A stretch of DNA of 64,000 bases from Octopus vulgaris. Taxonomy: Eukaryota. Position numbers and translations under genes: made by a program. The notes under the pieces were generated by a model. The model had not been told where the DNA came from. It did not search any database and saw nothing but the letters and a program-made list of their open reading frames with translations. The stretch lies in assembly GCA_951406725.2 (NCBI GenBank), contig OX597834.1, forward strand, positions 45,818,001 through 45,882,000, in the 5' to 3' direction. Each line of letters starts with the position of its first letter. Position 1 is the first letter of the stretch. Below are positions 1 to 12,749 of the stretch, piece by piece.

Positions 1-118
1 GCTGTGAGAGGAAATCGTCGGATCACCATCCGTCAGTTATCAGATTAGTTACGGTTCAATTGCAAACTAAACCATTGGACCTTACAGCTGTAGCAACAAA
101 TCTTTGCTCCGTACTCTT
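1..118 (+). mobile_element. Decayed mariner transposase N-terminal (HTH) fragment
   Basis: Frame 1 reads AVRGNRRITIRQLS, then ISYGSI after a frameshift, resembling the mariner ..DRR.T.RE(I/L)A....ISYGSV.. segment. Short and truncated by the window edge. Confidence 0.5.
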
Positions 119-251
119 ATTAAATGTCTTTAAGAAGTTATATTACATAACACACACTAACCCCTTTCTCTCACTCGCTTTATACATATGCAAGCACAAA
201 CGCATACAGGCAAGAATATATATACATATATATATATACACACACACACAC

Positions 252-286
<35 letters not shown>

Positions 287-695
287 AAAACTACAAACTG
301 GGACAGGTACGCAAAACATTTAGAAGACGATACAAAAAACACGGACGGGACATTCGAAGCCTTCAATCTTCAGTCAAGAACCGGATCATCTTCGCAATTG
401 CGGCTGATTAATATATATATATAGATACATATACACACACATATATATATATTTGTATATATATATATACGTATCATATTAAATTAGAGATAAAACCACT
501 ATTAGGCAATTGGAATTAATTTTAAATCTAATTTTTCCCTATAAGTTTGGATTTACTCCCTAATATTATTATTATATATATACATATATATATTTATACA
601 TATATATACGTATATATTATATATATATAAGTGTATATATATATATATATATCATATATATATATATATTATATATATATATTATAAATATATAA

Positions 696-760
<65 letters not shown>

Positions 761-767
761 CATATGC

Positions 768-837
<70 letters not shown>

Positions 838-1385
838 GTGGCTTCGGATGGAAAGTGTGTGGAGTGGGTGCAAGTGAGAGATGGGCAGTGGGACAGAAAG
901 AAAGCAAGACCGGGTCTTTGCTAAGTGGAGCCAGATGCGGTTGGGGAATGTCTTAGAGTCGAAGTCAATCACAACATCTGTTTGTATGGTTGCTGAACAC
1001 AACTCCTGCTATTGTTATGACCTTTCACAAATGTCAGATCTTCTTATCGATGCGCCGAGAAAGAAACAGCGCCACCACCACCACCACCACCACCGACAAC
1101 AACAACAACAACAACAGCAACAATGACAACGAAAGCGACTGCAATGGCAACAACAACAACTGCAACAAGTATACCAACGAGAATGACAGCAACTGCAGCA
1201 AAGGCGGGAGCAGCATCGCATAGGAGATGTATGGAATTTTTTTGCGCTCGTTCTGCTTGAGTTATTTCGATTGTGTTCAGTGATATTTATTTGCCAGATG
1301 CCGCCAGCAGAAACGCTTCTTTCCACCATATTTGACATTTTATGGAGACTGCCACTGACTTTGAAGTACAAACCATTGTTTCCCA

Positions 1386-1465
1386 TCTCTCTCTCTCTCT
1401 CTCTCTCTACCTCTCTCTCTCACTGCCTCTCCCTCCGAACCCATATCCTTATTTCTCACTCCTTT

Positions 1466-1508
<43 letters not shown>

Positions 1509-1648
1509 TCTCTCTCTCACTTTATATGTGTACGTGTGTGCAGGTGTGCCTGTGTGTGTGTGTGTGTGTGAGTGTGTGAAGTGTGTGTATTCCGTTCGTT
1601 TTTCACGCTTCCCTTTTGTCAATGTTTCACTCTGTCAGTCCTTCTCAG

Positions 1649-1681
<33 letters not shown>

Positions 1682-1880
1682 TTCTATCTCCCTCTCTATC
1701 TCTCCTTTCCTCTCGGCATATTTCTCTGTCTCTATGTCGCCCTCTCTCTCTCTCCTTCTCTCTCTCTCACCTTTCCTCTCTGCTTATTTCTCTGTCTCTA
1801 TGTCCCCCTCTCTCTCTCTCTCCTTCTCTATCTCTCCTTCCCTCTCTGCATATTTCTCTGTCTCTGTGTCCCTCTCTTTC
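1386..1880. repeat. (CT)n-rich low-complexity tract with (GT)n and a ~65-bp higher-order unit
   Basis: A unit like ctttcctctctgcatatttctctgtctctatgtc recurs near 1706, 1771 and 1838. Confidence 0.85.
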
Positions 1881-2555
1881 TCATAGGCCCACAGTTTTTG
1901 TCCTGCTCCTTCCTCACTTTCTCACGCCTACGAACCTACCTGCACGCACTCGTACGCATTCGCACTCACACAGCAGGAAGAATTGACACACATGCACGCG
2001 CATATTGTTTATCGATCTAATTTATTTCTTCAGAACACACGGAGGTCGGTGTCTTTGTCAGTGTGTGCATATATAAAGATATGAGTGTATGTGTGTAGAC
2101 GTTTGTGTAATTTTCAGTGTATGTGTTTGGGCATTTCTGTGTGTATATATATATGTGTATGTGTGCGTGTCTGTAAGATTGTAACTTAGTGCATTTCCGA
2201 CTGTGTGTGTGCGTGCGTGCGTGCATGTGCAATTATACGTGCGTATATGTGTGTGTGAGTGTGTGATTGTTTCTCTGTAGATGTGTGTGATTGTGTGTGC
2301 GTTCGTGTGTCTGTGTGTTATACTTTTATTTGCGTGTTTATGTATGTGACTGTGTGTTGCTGTCGACTACGTAAGTGTGTGTTAGTGTGTGTATGTATGT
2401 GAATATGTGTATGGGCACGTGTACATCACTGTCAGATTATGTGTAGGTTCGCGCACCTGGATGTGTGTGGCATCTGTGTTTGCATATTTATAATTGCGTA
2501 CATGTATGCGTGATTTCGGGTGGGTATACTGGTGTGTGTCTGCGTGTGTGTATTT

Positions 2556-2613
<58 letters not shown>

Positions 2614-3179
2614 TTGTGTGACTGCGTGTATCTCTTTAACGGACACGCAATCTAATTCAGAAACCCACCCCACCCAACGCCAGATTTAGAATAAGGTCAC
2701 ATGTCTAAGACTCTTAACAGATTGTGGTGTAGGTCTGACACGCTTTGCGACTGTTCTGATACAATCATAATTGTAGCAGACGACCATCTTGTGTAATAAG
2801 ACACGCGCCTACTACGTCCACGTGACCGGAACATTATGTCACGTAAGGGAAGGTGTTGTCTCTTATCTCTTATTGATTTTTGTACTTACTTCAGATAATG
2901 GAGTGCGGCCTTCCTGGGGCAAGATCTAGATATGTTTTAAACCAACAAATCGACAACACATACTATTTAAGCCTAGCACTTATTCTATAGGTGACTTTAG
3001 CCGAACAGCTCGGTTACGGACACGAAAATGAACCAACACCTGTTGTCTAACTGTGAATAGAAACAGAAACGAACTTAAGCAAGAACAAACAGTCACAAAT
3101 ACACACACACACACACGCACATAAACACACAAACGCGCGCGTGCATACATACATACATACTTACATATATATATATATA

Positions 3180-3364
3180 CCGGAGTAAACACATAAATGT
3201 GAAAGAAGGTGGAAAAAAGAATACTCAAATACCAGTGGTAGAATAATATGCTTTATTTAAAGCAGCAGAAAATTCAACAAGATTCTAGCAAAAACTGTCC
3301 GATGAACGGCAACGTGAAACTCAGAGTAACTGGTTTTGTTGAATTTTCTGCTGCTTTAAATAAA

Positions 3365-3366
<2 letters not shown>
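3180..3366. mobile_element. Fold-back Penelope-like pLTR remnant in (TA)n, copy 1
   Basis: 3251-3280 is the inverted complement of 3336-3365. The spacer holds an HHR motif, both flanks are (TA)n, and a closely similar copy lies at 23307-23450. Confidence 0.7.
3291..3337 (+). ncRNA. Minimal type-I hammerhead motif, CCGAUGA core variant
   Basis: aaaactgt-CCGATGA-acg gcaa cgt-GAAA-ctc a gag-TA-actggtttt: stem II with GNRA loop, near-palindromic stem III, GUA cleavage triplet at 3326-3328, interrupted stem I. Confidence 0.65.
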
Positions 3367-3433
<67 letters not shown>

Positions 3434-3514
3434 CGCACACACATATATATGCACGTACATACATAACATACATACATACATATACATATGCATGTATATG
3501 TGCATATGTATATT

Positions 3515-3725
3515 AAGGGTACAAGCTGGAACGTTAGCGAGCTGGGCGACATGCTTAGTGTTATTTCGTCTGTCTTTACATTCTGAGTTGAAGTTCCGTC
3601 GAAGTCGACTTTGCGTTTCATCCTTTTTGGGTCGATAAATTAAGTACCAGTTGTGTATTGGGGTCGATGTAATCGAGTGACGGCCTCCCCTAAAATTTCA
3701 GGCCTTGAGTCAAGAGTAGAAAAAA
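3515..3725 (+). mobile_element. SINE family C copy
   Basis: B-box-like gagttgaagttcc plus body gtcgactttgc..tcatcct..gggtcgataaattaagtaccag, repeated many times in the window. Confidence 0.8.
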
Positions 3726-3743
3726 TATATATAAATATATATG

Positions 3744-3864
<121 letters not shown>

Positions 3865-4490
3865 TATTTATATTATCATAAGTTTGAACGCCACGCATCC
3901 TCTTTCAAATAAGTTTTATCTTAATAATTCTGATGCGCATTCTGTGCGATCTTTTTCCTCTTTCGGATTCTCTCTTTTTCTCTCTCTTCCTCTTTTGCCT
4001 CCTCTTCTCCCACTATTCTATGCTTTTACATTGTCATTAACTCTCCCTCATTCCTCTCCCCTTGGATCCCAATTGATCATCGGCCATCTCTCTTTCTCTC
4101 CATAGTAGCTGGAACAAGGAACACGTGTTCTTGTTTGTCTCTTGTCCTAGCTTGATTTACGCATTGGCCACCACAACCTCGTTTAGCAGCCCCTCCTGTT
4201 TGTTTTCACTGTCCTGTTTGTGTTACCTATTTTGACCCTCCACAAAATCCCAAATATTATCTAATTTACTTTGCGGGAGCAACTGTTTTATGGCAAACGT
4301 ATATTGTTGTTAAATACTTGAAACACGAGACTAGAAAGCAGCCAAAACCTGATGAAGGATCCTTCTTAATGTTGTTTGTTTTGTTTTGCACTTGAGTCTT
4401 TCATTCTTCGAAAGAAACGTTCTTGTTCCATGTACTCGTGCTTCGTACTTTTTTGCTGTACACATTTCATGACATCCTATGCCCACATAA

Positions 4491-4532
<42 letters not shown>

Positions 4533-4597
4533 ATGTATGTACATAGACGTATGTATATATGCGTATATGTATATATGTATGTGTGTGTGTGTGTGTA

Positions 4598-4640
<43 letters not shown>

Positions 4641-4643
<3 letters not shown>

Positions 4644-4895
4644 TCATTTACATAATTTACATTTGACGGATATTTGTCCTCATCTTGTTTGTTGTTATCA
4701 CAACGTTTCGGCTGATATGCCCGCCAAACTTTACCAGGTGTCTAGGGGAAGTTTCAAACCTGGGTTCTCATTCTTAAGGTATTGTGGGATGTTATTATTA
4801 CTATCATTATTATTATTAATAGGTCAGTGCTTGGAATCGAACTCGCAATCTTGGGGTTGGGAGCCTGCGCTCTTAAGCACTACGCCATATTCCCG
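4641..4895 (-). mobile_element. tRNA-headed SINE-like element with decayed hammerhead in its tail
   Basis: Minus strand: A box TGGCGTAGTGC, B box GAGTTCGATTCC, (AAT)n spacer, then ACAC-CTGGTAA-A-GTTTG..CAGCC-GAAA-CG-TT-GTGA at 4741-4698. Confidence 0.6.
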
Positions 4896-5013
4896 TGAGC
4901 ATATATATTATTTATATTATTATATAATTGAAGACTACGCATCCCCTTCCAAGTAAGTTTCATATATATATATATATTCACATGCATACATGCATGTCCT
5001 GGTGTGTGTGTGT

Positions 5014-5045
<32 letters not shown>

Positions 5046-5899
5046 ACGTACGTGTGTGTGGTGAGATACATTGTTATAAAAATCTGAAGATTTTCTAAAG
5101 GCAATAAAACGAAAGGAATATTATTCAGGAGATATAGGAATTCGGGGAGGGCAGCATTTATGCGAAACTATCGCTGATTCAATAAAAGATTTTACCGGTG
5201 TCGGGGCGAGATTGACTGTGCCATGGTTGCAAGGAAATTCCAAGGGCGATGGTTAGAGGAGAGAAAGGAAAACATAAATAAAGGATCTCGAAGTAATGAA
5301 ACTATAGTAATATAACTCTAAACCATTTTATGGCTGCATTTTCGTTTAGATATGAGGCCTTTAAATTCACTGATACGCAAATGGAAATATTGTTATTCAT
5401 ACTGTTGTTTAAGGGAGCAAGATTAGCAGAATCGTGCCTTATGGATATCTTCCAGTTCTTTACTTTCTGAGTTCGAATCCAACTGAAGGCAACTTTACAG
5501 TCCACCACATTTAGGTCCATGTATTGAAGTACAAGCCAAGAACTAGATGTAATGGAGGCGACCAATTCACGGACATAAATTCGAAATTACTTGCGTTTTA
5601 TCCGATATTATAAGCAACTATTAGTGTATTTATTTATCCACAGAAAATGACCGAATGTGTTCTATCAAGGACAGTACCGTCGGTTTATATATGAGGGAAT
5701 GCATCAAATGCGGAAGGTATAACTGCAGGAAGATTTCAATCATATCCCGCAGGTTAAGGAATAAATGAAGAAAACTAAATGTACGTAGATAAACATATTT
5801 TTCCCTTTCGCAACCGCATAAATCTCGCCTTGAAATTGAGTTCAATATCTCACTTCAAATTCTATATTGTTAGTTCTGTAATATATGAATATATATATC

Positions 5900-6558
5900 T
5901 CCTCTCTCCCCTCCTCCTCCTCCTCCCCACTCTCTCCCCCTCTCTTCTCCCCCCTCTCACTCTCCCCACAACCCCCTCTACCCCAACCCCCATCCGAAAC
6001 CACAACCCACCTGGACTTTCCCCACTCTCGTCTCCCCCAGCTCCCCACAACATCACACCACACTACACTACACCATACAACATTACACTCACATCACGAC
6101 ACACTAACCACAGCACACAGCCCACACACCCTTCCACACATCTTTACACATACACATATCACATCACAACACACCACCCACACACCCATCCCCACATCTC
6201 CACACACACGTCCAGACCACCAGCCCTCTTTCACACACACATGCATACTCTCTTATACACACACGCACCTTTGTGTTGGGGGCACCTTCGTTTTGGAAGT
6301 CACTTGACCCTGTTATCTCCCCTACTGTCCCTCTAGCGTCTGACCACTGCCCCAAGTCAGGACGCCATGATAGATCGTTAGCTCCCCAACGCATATTTTT
6401 CTCTCCTTGTTTCTTTTCTGTGTGTCTTTCTGTTGAAGAGCGTAGGCTCGAAACGTAAAAGACTTGTTCTATTTCTATTCCTGAGCGCCATACTAATACA
6501 ATTGTTTGTTTGTACTCCACCTGCCTTCGTCTTTTGTTTATTTTCGTAAACCTTCCCG

Positions 6559-6560
<2 letters not shown>
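5900..6560 (+). mobile_element. Probable Penelope-like 3' UTR/pLTR remnant
   Basis: C/A-rich low-complexity leader, pyrimidine-rich segment and HHR motif at 6424-6463, ending abruptly in (TA)n. PLE assignment is inferred from this architecture. Confidence 0.5.
6424..6463 (+). ncRNA. Minimal type-I hammerhead-like motif (A6U, extra A after A9)
   Basis: gtcttt-CTGTTGA-A-gagc gtag gctc-GAAA-CG-TA-aaagac: perfect 6-bp stem I, perfect 4-bp stem II, palindromic ACGT stem III. Confidence 0.65.
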
Positions 6561-6602
<42 letters not shown>

Positions 6603-6799
6603 GCATAATACACACACACAGAGGCATGCACATATGTATCTATATATGTGTGTGTATACATATATATGCATATATATATGTATGTTTATATAAATAGATA
6701 TACACATACAAAAATATATGAGTATATTTATATATATTTATTGTTCTGTTATTTATTATACTTTTATTTTGGGATTTCCTTAAGGGTAGCTTTCAAATT

Positions 6800-6943
6800 A
6801 CGTCTACTAAATCTACTCACAATGCTCTAGTCGGCACGAGGCTATAGCAGAAGACACTTGCCCAAGGTGCCACGCAGTGGCACTGAACCCAACACATTGT
6901 GGTTCGTAATCAACGAACTTACAACACACCCACTCCTGAGCCT
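6800..6943 (-). mobile_element. SINE family B, 5' part
   Basis: tRNA-like head plus ccactgcgtggcaccttgggcaagtgtcttctgctatagcc on the minus strand, same as 54496-54653. Confidence 0.85.
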
Positions 6944-6995
6944 GATATATATATATACATATAAATATATATATGTATATATATACATATATATA

Positions 6996-7042
<47 letters not shown>

Positions 7043-7313
7043 GTATATAAAAGTGTATATGCGTGGATGTAAGTAAGTGCATTTAGGTATGTCCTTTGAA
7101 TGCATGTGTGCACGCGCATTTACTCAATTATGGCGAAATTCAATTTATCTAATTAACTCAAATGTATTTTTTCCTTTGGTGTTTTTCGCTGTTTTTTTTA
7201 CCGCTCTTACAATTTTCGCTCTTCGCATTTTTAATGTTTTTTATCTCTTTCTGACATTTCAAAATGAGATCTGCTGTAATGGTAAAACACGGATCCATGC
7301 ATACACGTATAAA

Positions 7314-7394
<81 letters not shown>

Positions 7395-7710
7395 TCATAA
7401 GTATACACATACATACGCACACACACAGTATTAAGTTATTATTATTATTATCATTTTAATTGCCAAGCTATCTGGAATAAAAATAAGTATATTACATTCC
7501 CTGTTGTCTATTTCCATTAACTCCGGCATTTAAAATGGCATTTCAGCTTCCATTTCCCGCCTTCGATTGACCGTAAATTAAATTCAACAAGACCCATTTA
7601 TATTGTTCCTCTCTGGCTACTTGCGATATATCATACATTAAGAACTGTCTTCTGTTTCTTCTTCATAAATGTATATACATACATTCACACATACATATAT
7701 ATATGCATAC

Positions 7711-7747
<37 letters not shown>

Positions 7748-7841
7748 AATGTAAATACATTTGATTGTATTTTTGTATATGTGCATGTATGTATATGTAT
7801 ATGAATATACATCAACCTATCTGTCCCTTTCTCTCTCACTG

Positions 7842-7874
<33 letters not shown>

Positions 7875-8596
7875 ATGTGTGTGTAAAATAAAACGGTTTT
7901 GTAATTGAAGAGTTATAAATACCTGTTGATTTGCGTGGCGTTAAGCATAAAGATAAAGCGTAGTTATTTCTTGTGGTGTGAAGACAGAGAAGAAAAATTC
8001 TACGCTGAAGAGTTAAACAATGATGATCCTCCAGATTTGTTAGTCTTCCAAATCTCTCCTTCCCTCAATTAAATATCCAGTAAAACAATCGTACAATTGT
8101 ACGACAGTACGCTTTAATGCTGCGCGTAAGACATATTTGTTACATCAACGAAGGTTTTTGTGTTGTAATTTACTAAGTTATAAACCTCGTGAGTTTAATT
8201 AATTTCTTGTTTCCCAGACATTACTGAACCGAGATTAAGGTCAAACCTGGCGTTTCAATATTCTTTTTATATTTAGATACAATGCCAGATAATTTCATAG
8301 AAGGGTGTTGCCTGTTGTCATCAGACTATACTATATGTTTTGTAAGGTAAAAGAAGTAAAGTCAAGGTTGATCTTGATGTGCTTTGAACTCAGATAGGAA
8401 ATTGTCTAAACAATTATTGCAAAGTAAGAGAAAATAATTCTGACCGTGCATCAACCTACAAGCAACAATATTAATGATTTCTAAAAGACAACGAGTTAAT
8501 AAAGCATTTCTAAAAGTTGAAGCCCGGGTTCGATGTAATCGACTGACACCTTCGCTGGCCTTGTGTCTAAATATGAAGCCAAAATTAATGACTTGC

Positions 8597-8807
8597 AAAA
8601 GACGACCAACTGGCAGACTCGTCAGCAGGCTTCGCAAAATGTTTAATGACATTTTGTCGGTCTTGGCGCTCGGAGTTCTAATACCACCGAGGTCAACTTT
8701 GATATTTTCCGAGTCGAGAAAATAAGTAACAATGGAACACTGGGGTTGATGCAAGTCAAATTACCCCGTCTCTCAAAATTCCTGGCCTTGTGTGAAAATT
8801 TGAAACT
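8597..8807 (+). mobile_element. SINE family C copy, diverged
   Basis: ctggcagactcgtcagc..ggagttctaataccaccgaggtcaactttg..ggccttgtg. Confidence 0.65.
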
Positions 8808-9565
8808 AAAAATTAATGATTTCTTAAATAATTAGAAAAACAAGGATTTTTATTCAGCTCGACTGCGACGAAATTTACAACCCTGGCAGAATTTGAACAT
8901 GAAACGTAGCATTTCTAATTTTAAATAAACCTTCTCGATGTTTTTTTTTTTTTTTTTTGTCAGCCAGCGATCTAATAATTACACCATCACGCTGATTTTG
9001 TTATTTAGTTATTACAAGAGCCCGTACGTGAAAACCAGTTTAAACTCTATAAACCGTACCCTCCACTACGATACCCCGATACATCCAAGGTTGATTCGAC
9101 ATGAACGAATGACTTGAGTGAATTTAATTCCATTTACCATTTTTGTTGATGCAAATTTAGGAAACCAAAATAACTTCATTGTAGAAAGACAGAAAAACAT
9201 TAAATTTATTGATCAAGAAACCAAGTTTGAAAAATTTCAGCATCTTTACACTTTCGTGTTGGTGTGTGTGTCTATGTGAATGTGTAACTCTGATTTGCTG
9301 ATACTGTTTTTGGTGAGTTATTTTTCGGTATTTATACATATATATATATTTTTTTTTTTTTTTTTGGCTATTGATGTTGCTGCTGCTGTTTATGTAGTTC
9401 TAAATATTTCATTTATTTAATTGAAAATCTTTAATGAAAAACAGTTTGATAAACAAATTTTGATTTTCGTTTTCTTGATTTTATTCCACACATCATTTGC
9501 GATTAGGAGTGGGAGAACGGGAACGATCATCACCGTGATAATCAAGCCTTCAGCCACAAGATATA

Positions 9566-9600
<35 letters not shown>

Positions 9601-9746
9601 CCGATGAAACGATGTACGTGCGTGTGTAATTATAGACAGCGTGCTTTAAAAACGACACATGTTTCGGAGTGGTAATGTGTACCTGATACCTTAGACACCA
9701 AACACTATGTATTCAAAAGTGCTCCATGGAAACTGTGCGTCATAAT

Positions 9747-9791
<45 letters not shown>

Positions 9792-10336
9792 GCACTTCGG
9801 ATTTGGTTTGCAAGATACTTTACGTGAGTTCGTGTCTTGAAGCATATTTTGTGGTGTCTGGGGAGAGTGATTCTCGTTTAGTGCCTTATAATTTAACACA
9901 CTCACCGGTAAAGTTTCCACTCATTTACTTATTTATTTTTCCTACACTTTTCGTTGCGTCTTGCAACATTTCAATTGTCATTGATTGTGTCAGATATCCG
10001 AGCTTGTGCGCCTGTGTATGGGATAGTGTGCGTGCGCATTCGTGTGTACGTATGCATGCATGTGTTTGTGCGTATATATATATATATGTGTGTGTGTATA
10101 TATGTATGTATATATATATATGTATGTATATATGTGTGTACGTTTGTATGTGTTCTGCATAGTCATGTGTTAGTGTGCTCATGTTTCTGTGTTTTTATGT
10201 TCGTGTGTGTGATTGCAACGGAAACTTTAGGAAAAATAAATAAATGAGTGGAAATCTTACTGGCGAGTGTTTTAAATAAGAAGTCACTAAAAGAAAATGA
10301 CTCTCCCCAGACGCTAAATATGTGTGTGTGTGTTGG

Positions 10337-10469
10337 TGGAGGCGCAATGGCCCTGTGGTTAGGGCAGCGGACTCGCGGTCGTAGGATCGCAGTTTCGATT
10401 CCCAGACAGGGCGTTGCGAGTGTTTATTGAGTGAAAACACCTTAAAGCTCCGGCAGTGGGTGGTGGCGA
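10337..10469 (+). mobile_element. SINE family A, 5' part (tRNA-derived head)
   Basis: A box tggccctgtgg, B box gtttcgattcc; closely similar to 54178 onward. Confidence 0.85.
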
Positions 10470-10475
10470 TATATA

Positions 10476-10529
<54 letters not shown>

Positions 10530-10784
10530 GATCACATGCTATATATGTATGCATGTATATACGTATATAAGTAAAGGTAAGATCCAAGGATTAAGGCGTA
10601 GGAAATTAGTAATCTTCGAGAGGTGTGTATAGGTAATGAAAAATAATATTCAGAAAGAATGGCGGTTTATTGACCTAGAGAGTTGTAAGTGTTTCCCATA
10701 TCAATATTCGATAATCTAAACAAAAAAATCCTTTTAAAGCTAACGGTTAGCAGCTGGGGTTAAATTCTATGTGATTAAATATCC

Positions 10785-11152
10785 AAAATTAGGCAATGGA
10801 ATAGATAAAAGCCAGGCTCCATATATTTCATAGCTAGCAGCACCTCGGAAATAATCATCCAAAGGCGGGTGATACGCAAACTACTCGTCGTGCGAAAGAT
10901 ACCTTAATGAATTGTAGTTTACATTGTAGTCAAGAGATCCCTTGTTAACTCGCAGGATATCCGTGGAATCTGCGATTGAATCTCCTCCGATGGAACATGG
11001 GATCCCTTGAAGACAACGTTAATTTCATTCAAGTTAACTTGTCCGGACGAGTGGCTAGCGGTATACCCATCGTTTTGTCATTTACTACTTCCGATGTTCT
11101 ACTAGCTATGAAACATGTAGCCGGCATTTTATCGAAACCATTCCATAATTTT
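10785..11152. repeat. Diverged ~105-bp inverted repeat (fold-back)
   Basis: 10785-10889 aligns by eye to the reverse complement of 11046-11152, e.g. tttcatagctag / ctagctatgaaa and actcgtc / gacgagt. Confidence 0.7.
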
Positions 11153-11269
11153 CAATATATATATCTTAATTTATATCTTAAATTTTATACATGCAATACA
11201 GAACACACATGAAATCAGGGAATGCCCTGAAGCTAACGTTGACAACACTCAATGAATAACATTCATTTA

Positions 11270-11523
11270 AAGGATAAAATGCAGAGTTCATATAATAAAA
11301 TGGGGAATATTTATAATGAAGATAATTAAAAATTCACATAACGAATAAGATGATGGATCATACAGCGAATAAGATGAAAAATTACGTAACAAATACAATG
11401 AATATTTCTTATAACGAATAAGATGAAGAATTCATTCGATGAATAAAACTTTAGAAATTTTGTAAGGAATCAGGTGACACATGAGCATTACGAATAAAAT
11501 GAAGAATTCATATGAAAAATAAG
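11270..11523. repeat. Degenerate ~25-bp tandem repeat, about 10 units
   Basis: Unit about AACGAATAAGATGAAGAATTCATAT, starting at 11341, 11365, 11389, 11414, 11439, 11465, 11490 and 11515. Confidence 0.75.
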
Positions 11524-12009
11524 TTTTCAGAGAACTCAGATTTCTTTCGTTTTAGAATGTTTTTGATCAGCAATTTTAAGGGCAGGATCAGCTTGATTGC
11601 ACCAAACCTAGTATTTTTCTGTCACTTTGATTTATTGACCTAAAATATCGATTCTAAACGGCTGCCGACCCCATTTTCATGGTTTTAGATTTACACTCGA
11701 CACGAGTAAATTTGATAAAAGAGTGTTGCTTGTTATCATCAACCTTAGACAGCTTTTGACACTTATAGAGTTGGACTGTTCTATACACGCAAGCAAATTT
11801 GCACACGGTAGTGTGCGTGTCCGCGATTGTTTGCGTGTAAGTCTGTGAAAATTAATAGAAAGATACGAAGATACCAGCATAGTAGAATAAAAGAAAATAT
11901 ATCAATGAATATATAGACATAGATATATAAACTAATCACACATCCATTCATATATATATATATATATATATATGTACATGAGTGTGTGTGTGTGTATATA
12001 TATATACAC

Positions 12010-12042
<33 letters not shown>

Positions 12043-12112
12043 CATACATATATATATGTATATAAGTATGATCTTATATATGTATATTGGTAGGCATATA
12101 TATATATGTATG

Positions 12113-12164
<52 letters not shown>

Positions 12165-12707
12165 CCTAATTATATGCGTTTAAATCGCTAGATAAAAGAT
12201 ATACATGTGTGTGTATATATGTGTGGTGATATATCCCATACATTTATGTAAGTACGAATGCATACATACAAAACATACACACACATACGTAAGTAAATAC
12301 ACACACATCATACTAACGTTTGTCTTACTCTAACAACTAAGTAAATAACTAAAGCGTATACAACAAAATGGTGGATATAAAAAAATTACAGGTTAGCTTT
12401 TATGTATTGAAATTAAAACACTCGAAATAAAGTCTTGTTTAATTTTTTTTCCTTTTACTGTTTGCATGAATAACAAACGTTTTAATTCCTATTGAAGTTT
12501 CATAAATTCTATAGAAATTTGATTCAGTTAATATCAATTAGTAAATTATCAACCAAGTTTATTCTATATTTTAAATGTATTCTGTTTTATTTGGCTTTTA
12601 CTGTTTAGTATAATCTGATTTGTCGTTTAGTTTAATATATACACGCATAATACAAAACATATATAGATACATACATACAGTTAAACATATATATGTATCT
12701 ATATGTA

Positions 12708-12749
<42 letters not shown>

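Noticed and set aside
345-378. Minus-strand CTGAAGA..GAAG G CTTC GAA motif
   Set aside because: Spacing is non-canonical and GAAA is absent. The segment may be a repeat, but no second copy is visible here.
4345-4422. CTGATGA ... GAAACGTT as a hammerhead
   Set aside because: No credible stem II closes onto GAAA and there is no stem I.
5640-5835. Possible GIY-YIG C-terminal relic upstream of the 5900-6560 element
   Set aside because: Only scattered residues match across frameshifts.
10337-10415. tRNA gene (also heads at 4821-4895, 31480-31550, 41548-41615, 54178-54255)
   Set aside because: A and B boxes are present, but there is no clean acceptor stem and each continues into a SINE body.
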